Below, in pieces: positions 20,049 to 27,788 of a stretch of 64,000 bases of DNA. Within the stretch, counting starts at the first letter, position 1, and every line of letters starts with the position of its first letter. The stretch spans positions 7,641 through 71,640 of the forward strand of contig CAYTIA010000003.1 of the NCBI GenBank assembly GCA_964437755.1. The letters run 5' to 3'. The translations under genes and the position numbers were made by a program. The notes beneath the pieces are model-generated. The model made no database searches and was not told the origin of the DNA. It saw only the letters and a list, made by a program, of their open reading frames with translations. The DNA comes from an uncultured Pseudomonadales bacterium (GTDB taxonomy: Bacteria; Patescibacteriota; Microgenomatia; UBA1400; PJMF01).

Positions 20049-21332
20049 ATGCACATCACTAACAATAATCAATCGCCAACAAATCAGAATAATAATATGA
20101 CTGATTTTTCTAAGACTCAAAGTATGGATTCCAATCCACAAAATAATAGTGGTAAGATTGATTTATCTGGTGCCGGTGCAGCATTTAAACCTGTATCTAG
20201 TGGAGGAACTATTTCTAATACAACCCCAACAACCTTAAGAAAATCACCAACCAAGAAAAAAACTTCTTGGATTATTGCTGGATTTTTAGCACTAGCGTTA
20301 GTTGTAGGTGGATTTTTCTTTTTACAAGAATCAACTGAAAAAAAAGAGGTGCCGACTGCCCCAATTTCAGAGCCATCAGCAGATGAAGAGTATCCCTGTT
20401 CATTATATTTTTCAAACTTTTACACCTGTGGCGAGTTTGGTTGCATAAGTCATGACGATTGTGAAGGAGATTTAATTTGCGCTATCTCTGGAGATAATGA
20501 AAGAGGATACTGCAGTGAGCCCCCACACGTTGATGCTTGTTTGGCTGAACCAAGTTATGAGTCATGCTGTGAATCAATCGATATATCGATTACTCCATCT
20601 CCAACTCCAACTGGTGAACCTGAAGAGCTTACATGCGGAGACTATGGATGCTTTGAAGATAGTGATTGCGAAGAGGAATTAATATGTACTAGACCAGAAA
20701 CTAGCACTTCACCAGGATATTGTAGTGAGCCACCTTATGTTGATGCTTGTTTGGCTGAGCCAAGTTATGAGTCATGCTGTGAGGAGCAATTAACTCCAAC
20801 ACCAACTCCAACCGGAACCCTTACGCCAACAGCTACACCTACTGCTACGCCAACGCCAACAGCTACACCTACTGCTACGCCAACAAGTACTCCAGGACCA
20901 ACAAGTACTCCGGGGCCTACACCAACAGATTCGCCTTTGGCTACGCCAACAACACCAGTAATTGCAACAGCTACTCCAGTAGTCGTCACTTCAACAACTT
21001 CGCCAGTTGCGCCTACAAGTCCACCTTATGCTACACCTCAACCAACTGTACCAGGTCAACCACCTATCTATATTGTTGACACCAGAGCTGAATGTAATGA
21101 TGTGTGTAGCACTAACGAGGATTGCAATAACATAAGTCACATCTGTTACAACGGTCGATGTAGGCTAGACATTAATCCAGAAGATGAGTTCTGTAGAACT
21201 CCTGCTGGAGAAACATATGTTGAAAGAATTGTAGAACAACCAGTAACTGGACCTAGCGATTGGCTCAATTTCCTCAAGATTGGAGTTGGCGCAATCGGAG
21301 CTGGAATACTACTCTTCATACTTCTACTCTAA
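20049..21332 (+). CDS. Cys-rich/PT-rich surface protein with N-terminal TM and C-terminal PVTG + TM
   Basis: Two copies of an 8-Cys module ending DACLAEPSYESCCE, a long PT stalk, a further Cys module, then QPVTG and a hydrophobic tail. Confidence 0.8.
   Translation: MHITNNNQSPTNQNNNMTDFSKTQSMDSNPQNNSGKIDLSGAGAAFKPVSSGGTISNTTPTTLRKSPTKKKTSWIIAGFLALALVVGGFFFLQESTEKKEVPTAPISEPSADEEYPCSLYFSNFYTCGEFGCISHDDCEGDLICAISGDNERGYCSEPPHVDACLAEPSYESCCESIDISITPSPTPTGEPEELTCGDYGCFEDSDCEEELICTRPETSTSPGYCSEPPYVDACLAEPSYESCCEEQLTPTPTPTGTLTPTATPTATPTPTATPTATPTSTPGPTSTPGPTPTDSPLATPTTPVIATATPVVVTSTTSPVAPTSPPYATPQPTVPGQPPIYIVDTRAECNDVCSTNEDCNNISHICYNGRCRLDINPEDEFCRTPAGETYVERIVEQPVTGPSDWLNFLKIGVGAIGAGILLFILLL
20529..20782 (+). 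repeat. 44-bp near-identical repeat (20529-20572, 20739-20782) in the duplicated Cys module
   Basis: gttgatgcttgtttggctga[a/g]ccaagttatgagtcatgctgtga; offset 210. Confidence 0.85.
20823..20882 (+). repeat. Perfect 30-bp tandem coding repeat (TPTATPTATP x2)
   Basis: acgccaacagctacacctactgctacgcca twice. Confidence 0.85.
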
Positions 21333-21357
21333 AACTCAACGAGGTTAAAAACTGAAT

Positions 21358-21387
21358 ACCACCTAGCTAAGCTAGGTGGTTTTTTTT
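21358..21387 (+). terminator. Rho-independent terminator
   Basis: accacctagc-taa-gctaggtggt perfect 10-bp stem followed by a T run. Confidence 0.9.
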
Positions 21388-21401
21388 ATTATCATTGTTG
21401 A

Positions 21402-21410
21402 TGATATAAT
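21402..21410 (+). promoter_or_regulatory. Extended -10 promoter for the tRNA
   Basis: TGaTATAAT just after the terminator. Confidence 0.6.
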
Positions 21411-21471
21411 TACTAACAATCTGCTGTTTTCGTTAATTGCATTCAGTTAATCTACCCAGCAGTCTGTTATT

Positions 21472-21545
21472 GCGCGCGTAGCTCAATTGGTTAGAGCACC
21501 AAGCTTATACCTTGGCGGTTCTTGGTTCGAGTCCAAGCGCGCGCA
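21472..21545 (+). tRNA. tRNA-Ile (anticodon UAU), CCA not encoded
   Basis: Cloverleaf: GCGCGCG/CGCGCGC acceptor, GCTC/GAGC D-stem, CCAAG-CTTATAC-CTTGG anticodon arm (TAT at 21506-21508), CTTGG-TTCGAGT-CCAAG T-arm, discriminator A. Confidence 0.93.
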
Positions 21546-21583
21546 CTCTTTAAATTACATAGTTATATTTAATCCGGAAACTT

Positions 21584-22648
21584 ATGTTATTTGTAAAACT
21601 ACTAACATTTATTAAAAAACAAAAATTTAAGCTGTTAATTGCTTTGTTACTGGCCCTTTTCATCAGTTGGAGAGTATTTGCAAATCAACAAACCAATAAA
21701 ACTGAGTTGGTTTTTGCACACCCAGAGTATCGAAATCTTGTAAGAACCCTAGAGTTAACAGGCTCGGTTGATGCTAAGAAAAAAGCTCGACTTCGGTTTT
21801 TGGCAGGTGGCAAAATCGTTTATTTGGGTGCGGAAGAGGGAGATCAAGTTAAACAATGGCAAACCATCGCAACCATTGATCAAAGAGACCTTCAAAAACG
21901 TCTTGAAAGATCTCTAAATAACTATATGCAACAACGATGGGATTGGGAAGATTTGCAAGATGATATTAAGGACGAGCTTCTTGACACCAGTGAACAAAGA
22001 TCTGTTGATAAACAACAGTGGACATTAGACAACACAGTCATCGATGTAGAGCTTCAAGATATAGCTATATCACAATCAGTTATGAGCTCCCCTTTTACTG
22101 GAATTCTTGTTTCCAGTCCTGTTAATTCAACTCACACTCAAGTAACAGCTACTGACTATTTTGAAATTATTGATCCACAATCACTAGTATTTAGAGCAGA
22201 AATCAATGAAGAAGACGTGCCTCTTGTAAAACTTGATCAAGCTGCAATTATTGAATTAGATGCTTATCCAAATCAATCTCTTGAAAGTCAAGTTAGCTAT
22301 ATTTCGTATCAAAGCTTAATCAAGTCAAGTGGAACGGTCTTTTTAATCGAATTACCTCTTATTAATGAAGATGCTAATAATCTCGAAACTGGAAAAACTA
22401 TGTTAGACAAGTATAGACTTGGCATGAATGGAGATGTAAGCCTAGAACTTGAAAAAAAAGATAATGTTTTAAGCGTTCCTCTCATCTCTATTAAACAAAG
22501 AGATGACCAAAACTATGTTGAGATAAAATCAGCTGATGGAAAAACTGAAGAGAGGCTTGTCGAAATTGGGCTTGAAACAGAAGAGTTCGTTGAAATTATT
22601 TCAGGATTGTCTCAAGAAGATTTAATTGTGATTCCAAGCTTTAATTAA
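21584..22648 (+). CDS. Efflux membrane-fusion/adaptor protein (MacA/YknX-like)
   Basis: N-terminal TM, barrel-sandwich hybrid GGKIV..EEGDQVK, SPFTG, GMNGDV, VEIISGL. Confidence 0.88.
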   Translation: MLFVKLLTFIKKQKFKLLIALLLALFISWRVFANQQTNKTELVFAHPEYRNLVRTLELTGSVDAKKKARLRFLAGGKIVYLGAEEGDQVKQWQTIATIDQRDLQKRLERSLNNYMQQRWDWEDLQDDIKDELLDTSEQRSVDKQQWTLDNTVIDVELQDIAISQSVMSSPFTGILVSSPVNSTHTQVTATDYFEIIDPQSLVFRAEINEEDVPLVKLDQAAIIELDAYPNQSLESQVSYISYQSLIKSSGTVFLIELPLINEDANNLETGKTMLDKYRLGMNGDVSLELEKKDNVLSVPLISIKQRDDQNYVEIKSADGKTEERLVEIGLETEEFVEIISGLSQEDLIVIPSFN

Positions 22649-22684
22649 TATATAGAAGTTTGCCCATAGTAGTTCTCAATCCAA

Positions 22685-23437
22685 ATGAAAAAAGTGGTTA
22701 AAAATTCAAAAAAAAACGCTTCAGGCCGCTCTGAAAAAAGCGATGTTATTCTAGAGTTAAAAAACGTCTGCAAGATTTATTATGTTGGTACGCAGATAAT
22801 AAAAGCTTTGGAGTGCATGGATTTTTCAATTAAACGAGGTGAGTTTGTTGCAGTAATTGGTTCTTCAGGATCTGGAAAGTCAACTTTTTTACAAGTTGCC
22901 AGCATGCTATCAGAGCCTAGCAAAGGAACCATTTTTCTTAATGGAAAGGATGTAACAAAGTACAATGAAGTTGAAAGAGCTAAGCTTAGAAATAAAGAGA
23001 TTGGTTTTATTTTTCAGCAATTTAATTTATTAGCTCGAACTAAAGCAGTTGATAATGCTTCTCTTCCTCTCGTTTATGCCGGCGTAAACCAATCTGAAAG
23101 AGAAAAAAGAGCTAAAGAGCTTTTAATTAAGCTTGGACTAGAAGATAGATTAAACAATAAACCAAATGAGTTATCTGGTGGGCAACAACAACGAGTTGCA
23201 ATCGCTAGAGCCTTAATTAATAACCCTAGTGTTATCTTTGCTGATGAACCTACTGGGAATCTTGATTCAAAAAGTGGCGATGAAGTAGAAAAAATCTTAA
23301 AAGATTTGCACAAACAAGGAACGACCATTATCTTAGTAACGCATGAAAAAAGACTAGCAAAAATCGCTCAGAGAGTAATTGAGCTCAAGGATGGTAAACT
23401 TCTGGCCGAACACAAACCTCCTTTTAAAAAACTCTAA
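22685..23437 (+). CDS. ABC ATPase (MacB/LolD/YknY-like)
   Basis: GSSGSGKS, IGFIFQQFNL, LSGGQQQRVAIARAL, FADEPTGNLD, VTH. Confidence 0.93.
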   Translation: MKKVVKNSKKNASGRSEKSDVILELKNVCKIYYVGTQIIKALECMDFSIKRGEFVAVIGSSGSGKSTFLQVASMLSEPSKGTIFLNGKDVTKYNEVERAKLRNKEIGFIFQQFNLLARTKAVDNASLPLVYAGVNQSEREKRAKELLIKLGLEDRLNNKPNELSGGQQQRVAIARALINNPSVIFADEPTGNLDSKSGDEVEKILKDLHKQGTTIILVTHEKRLAKIAQRVIELKDGKLLAEHKPPFKKL

Positions 23438-23446
23438 GAAACAAAA

Positions 23447-24661
23447 ATGAATATCGCCAATACTACCACCATCGCTTTAAGAGCCATCTTTTCAAACAAA
23501 GTAAGAAGCTTATTAACCATGCTGGGCGTAATTATTGGCGTTAGTTCAGTGGTGATGCTTATTTCACTTGGAAGAGGACTCGAAGCATTCGTCACTCAGT
23601 CTTTTGAAGACCTGGGCTCAAACAACATCTTCGTTTCTCCAGGAAATGTTTTTTCAGAAGACGGAGGATTTAATTCTTTCCAAGATCAAGGCTTAAGCGC
23701 AATGACAAATAGTTTTAATAAGTCTGATGTTAAGGAGATTTCTCGCCTAAGAGAGCATGTTTTGAAAGTGGCTTATTATTCAGCTCAGTCAGATACTTTG
23801 AAATTTATGAATAACTCAGAAAAGTCAACTATTCTTGGTACCAACTCAGACTACAACCAGGTATTAATAACAAAGCTTGAAAAAGGAAGATGGTTTAATA
23901 ACTCTGAAGGAGAATCTGGAGATAGAGTGGTGGTTTTAGGATATAAAATCGCTGAAGAGCTATTTGGAGAGGTCGATCCAATCCATAAAAAAATAAGAGT
24001 GGGAAATGTGACCTTTACAGTTGTGGGAGTAGCAGAAGAAAAAGGCAGTGGATTTGGAGGCCCTTCTTTTGACAGCTACACCTATATTCCCTATGAAACA
24101 CTTTCTAGAATTTATAACACTAACAACATTATGGATATTGTGGTTAAAGCTAGAGATGATACAAAAATACCTGATGCTATCTCAGCAGTTGAAAAAACAC
24201 TTGAGAAAAAATATAAGGATGACGAATTTTCTGTTTATGATCAAGCAGAATTGCTCAAGGTGATTCAAGATATATTGGGAATGTTGACTATAGCTTTGGG
24301 GGGAATTGCCGCTATCTCGTTGTTAGTTGGAGGAATTGGCATTATGAACATTATGCTTGTTTCCGTTACAGAAAGAACCAAAGAGATCGGTTTAAGAAAA
24401 GCCTTAGGAGCCACTCCAAGCGCCATTTTAGGACAGTTTCTTGTTGAGGCCGCCTTCTTATCGATTTTAGGAGGAGTTGTTGGCTTGGGTATTGCCTATG
24501 CTGGATCTTTAGCAATTCAACCTTTCTTTCCCGCCAAGGTAACAACTGAGGCTGTATTGCTTGCGTTTGGCGTATCAACTGTAGTTGGATTAGTTTTTGG
24601 AGCAGCACCCGCACGCCGCGCTTCTCTTCTTTCTCCAATCGAGGCATTACGTTACGAGTAA
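23447..24661 (+). CDS. ABC permease, MacB/FtsX family (YknZ-like)
   Basis: RSLLTMLGVIIGV, VGGIGIMNIMLVSVTERTKEIGLRKALGA, PIEALRYE. Confidence 0.93.
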   Translation: MNIANTTTIALRAIFSNKVRSLLTMLGVIIGVSSVVMLISLGRGLEAFVTQSFEDLGSNNIFVSPGNVFSEDGGFNSFQDQGLSAMTNSFNKSDVKEISRLREHVLKVAYYSAQSDTLKFMNNSEKSTILGTNSDYNQVLITKLEKGRWFNNSEGESGDRVVVLGYKIAEELFGEVDPIHKKIRVGNVTFTVVGVAEEKGSGFGGPSFDSYTYIPYETLSRIYNTNNIMDIVVKARDDTKIPDAISAVEKTLEKKYKDDEFSVYDQAELLKVIQDILGMLTIALGGIAAISLLVGGIGIMNIMLVSVTERTKEIGLRKALGATPSAILGQFLVEAAFLSILGGVVGLGIAYAGSLAIQPFFPAKVTTEAVLLAFGVSTVVGLVFGAAPARRASLLSPIEALRYE

Positions 24662-24677
24662 ATGCTATACTAGTTTA

Positions 24678-25025
24678 ATGAAACTAGTTAAGAATGTTTT
24701 TCTTTTTGGTCTAATCATCATTGTAGTTCTGTTTGGTATATCTTTTGCCAACAGCAAGGGCTTGCTAAAAAACACACCCTTAGAGCAAATAAATATCAAT
24801 GAACTTGACCTTTTCTCTCAAGAAAATATTAAACAAACTCAGGTTTTATCAGACAGAGCTAAAGAAACATCAGCTCATATTCAACAGATTTTAGGAGATA
24901 AAATTGAGGTTGATGAACAATCTCACGAAGATCAAAAAGAAAAAGCCATTCATGAAAAAACTGTTGAGTATGTACGCTACCTGTATTGCAAACAAGTTGT
25001 TGAAGATTGGGAAGCAAATCATTAA
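24678..25025 (+). CDS. Small membrane-anchored hypothetical protein
   Basis: ATG 24678 (MKLVKNVFLFG + TM) preferred; the track start 24597 overlaps the permease. Confidence 0.6.
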   Translation: MKLVKNVFLFGLIIIVVLFGISFANSKGLLKNTPLEQININELDLFSQENIKQTQVLSDRAKETSAHIQQILGDKIEVDEQSHEDQKEKAIHEKTVEYVRYLYCKQVVEDWEANH

Positions 25026-25042
25026 AAATAGTAATCTAAGTC

Positions 25043-26254
25043 CTACAAAAAAAACTTACCTTGTTCTTCTCCCGTATAAACGCAGTGGATAATTTCGGCT
25101 AAATATTTTGCCACCGACACAATCTCAATTTTTTTTGAATTTTTTACCTCAAGTGGTTGTTCAATTGAATCAGTAATAACTAATTTATCAATTGCATCAC
25201 AAGCTTCTAACTTATCCAAAGCTCCTCCGACTAATAATCCGTGCGTAACAATTACTGTGACCGTTCCCGCTCCTTGTCTTTTAGCATTTTCTGCTTGCAA
25301 AAGCATGGTGCCACAAGTAGCAGCCATATCATCGATCATAATAATATCTGATCCTGGCACAATTCCCGACTCAGTTGAAGAAAGCGATGTAAGTTCCCCA
25401 CTCTCAGAATTTCTATCTTTTAACAGATCAACAACCCTCAGCCTTCCTTCTTTCTCCCCAAAAATCATGCGCGCATATTTGAGAGTTCTTTTCATTGACC
25501 CAGCATCTGGTGATAAAAAGTAAGTATTAGACAAATCTGGAAACATTCTTTTTATCTCAGGTACCAATACATAGCTAGCAAAGATTGTGTTAACTGGAAT
25601 ATCAACGCTACCTTGAGCAACTTGCTCATTATGCACATCAAGAATAGTGATGGTGGAAGCTCCAGCAAACTCAAGCATCTTCATAAAAAGTGCTGCCGCA
25701 ATCGGTGATTTTGGAGCATCTTTTCGATCTGATCTCATATATGGAGCATATGGCAGAATTATATGAATCTCTTTAGCTCCTGCAAGTTTGGCAGCATTTA
25801 TCATCAGAAAAAGCTCCATAATTCTGTCATTTATTCCTGTAGTCTCATCGAGCTGTCCATCTTCAGTAATTCTAGTTGGAGTAAATGACTAAATAATAAA
25901 GACTATTTTATTTCTCAAACCAGTCCGAGATTCAACGGCACTAAATTTTGGTCTTAGCTCATAGTCTGGAAATATAGTCCTGTCACGTGAAGATAAAGGC
26001 CTCATTGTCTCACACAACTCTCCTCTAAAACCATACATTATTTTGTAGTTTTCAGCGATTTCTCTAGCTAGAGGTGCATTACCCAACCCACAGGCTAAAA
26101 TTAAGTCTTCTTCTGGAGAACTAAGAACTTCTGGGCTAATACCATCTGCGAAAACTCGTAATCTTGAGGATAAAAACAAACGAAGTCCATTAAAAAATCT
26201 TAATTTATCTTTTTGACCCTCATCACCAAGCTGTGGTTTTTCTTTGAGCCTCAT
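25043..26254 (-). pseudogene. prs: Ribose-phosphate pyrophosphokinase interrupted by one in-frame TAG (25889-25891)
   Basis: Track ORFs 25889-26290 and 25043-25819 share a frame: ...KIVFII*SFTP...INDRIMELFLMINAA...PYAPYMRSDRK, LDVH, SPDAG, IDDMAATCGT, THG. Confidence 0.85.
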
Positions 26255-26365
26255 CTCCAACTTAATTAAATAATTGATTGAAGCAATCAAATCATATCAT
26301 TTATCTAGAAAAAGAACAGTTGTCTTAGTAATCCATTAAATAAAGTGCGGATATAATTAGAACCA

Positions 26366-27784
26366 ATGAAACTTACTCCTCATTCACAAAATCGTTTCTA
26401 CTCTTCATTTTTAAAGAAAGTTTTTGTTTTTTTATCAATCTTAATATTTTTAACCTACAAACTAACTTCACTTGAATATCGATTCGGAGACCAAAACGCC
26501 TACTTTTACATGGCGAGAGCAATATTGGAAGGAAATATTCCCTATCGTGACTTTATATTAGCTGACCCTCCATTGCTAGTTTATTTACTGTCCATTACAA
26601 AAAAAATAATTGGTGATAATGTTCTTTTGTTTTCGGCTTTACCACCATTATTCGATGTTCTTAGCAGTTTCATTTTATATATATATTTAACACGAAAAAA
26701 AATTTCATTTTCTTTTCTGGCACCAGCAATTTATCTGTTTTCATTTTTAATACTTTCTACCAGCGATTACGTAACCGGATTACATCTTGTGTTGTTCCTG
26801 ATAAATTTAGCTTTGTTGTATGAAAAAAAGCCTAAAGTAGCTGGAATTTTTTGGGGCTTAGCCACACTTATAAAGCTTTACTCTATTCCAGGATTCATGA
26901 TTTTTTTTATTTGGTCTTTTAAAAATAAAAACCGTAAGTATTTTTTAAAACTATTAATTAGTTATTGCCTAACTGGATTAGCTGTTATGTTACCCTTTTT
27001 ACTAATTTCTCCAGAGCACGTCATTGACCAGATTATTGTTCACCAGTTTAATAGACCAGCAGGAATCGCAAAATTAAATGTTTTTTACTTCTTTTTTATT
27101 CAAGATTTTCCATTAATTATTTTTGGGGTAACGGGACTGATTTGGAAAAAAAACTGGCAAATTTTAATACTATTTTTATCCTGGATACTTTTCTACTTAA
27201 TTTTCAAAGACCTCTATTATGTGTATCTTGGAATATTAACTCCCTGGCTGACAATTGGACTTATTAACTTCTTGGAGGCTCTCAAAAATAAGTGGCATAT
27301 TAACAATATGGGTCACAAACTATCAATAAGTTTAATCTTATTAATCTTTATGAGTCACCTACCCGCCCTGCACTTCTACCAAACAAAAATTAAACTAGAT
27401 GGTAAGTTTATCCAAGCAAAAGAAGTTTCACAGTTTGTTAATAATCTTGAGCCAGCTCTACCTTTATATGGATCTCATGAGGTAGCTCCGCTAATAGCCC
27501 TGCTAACGAATAAGCCTCTTTTTAATAATTATCTTGATACCAATGCTCAAATTTTTGCTTCTGGAGCACTGGATAAAAAAAAGGTTTCACTCGAAACTGT
27601 CGAGAGTGGAATTTATTTACTGACTAAAGTAACTAATCTCCCCATAAATGCCAAGCTAGATTCTGGGCATGAAGGTTATTTTGATTCAGAAATATTTGAA
27701 AAATACTGTCAAAGATTGACGATAATTAACGGTCTGCAAGTTGAACTTTTTTCTGATGTGGCAATTTATCGTTGTCAAAAATAA
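26366..27784 (+). CDS. GT-C fold integral-membrane glycosyltransferase (GT87/ArnT-like)
   Basis: FGDQNAYFY, PYRDF..DPP, many TM helices, soluble C-terminal domain. Confidence 0.7.
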   Translation: MKLTPHSQNRFYSSFLKKVFVFLSILIFLTYKLTSLEYRFGDQNAYFYMARAILEGNIPYRDFILADPPLLVYLLSITKKIIGDNVLLFSALPPLFDVLSSFILYIYLTRKKISFSFLAPAIYLFSFLILSTSDYVTGLHLVLFLINLALLYEKKPKVAGIFWGLATLIKLYSIPGFMIFFIWSFKNKNRKYFLKLLISYCLTGLAVMLPFLLISPEHVIDQIIVHQFNRPAGIAKLNVFYFFFIQDFPLIIFGVTGLIWKKNWQILILFLSWILFYLIFKDLYYVYLGILTPWLTIGLINFLEALKNKWHINNMGHKLSISLILLIFMSHLPALHFYQTKIKLDGKFIQAKEVSQFVNNLEPALPLYGSHEVAPLIALLTNKPLFNNYLDTNAQIFASGALDKKKVSLETVESGIYLLTKVTNLPINAKLDSGHEGYFDSEIFEKYCQRLTIINGLQVELFSDVAIYRCQK

Positions 27785-27788
27785 ATTT

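Noticed and set aside
18797-20882. 30-44 bp repeats as CRISPR
   Set aside because: They are in-frame coding repeats with no spacer pattern, and there are no cas genes.
18339-20989. Short overlapping or antisense ORFs (e.g. the GV-rich 20765-20989) and similar shadows across the window
   Set aside because: They are shadows of real genes or PT repeats and have no independent motifs.
21472-24661. tRNA as integration site of an island
   Set aside because: No integrase and no duplicated tRNA 3' end noticed.
25889-25891. Genome-wide TAG=Gln (or TGA=Gly) recoding
   Set aside because: TAG ends many genes at their expected C-termini (prs, ispH, ispG, wzt, rnpA, rnhA), TGA ends ispD, and other long genes have no internal stops.
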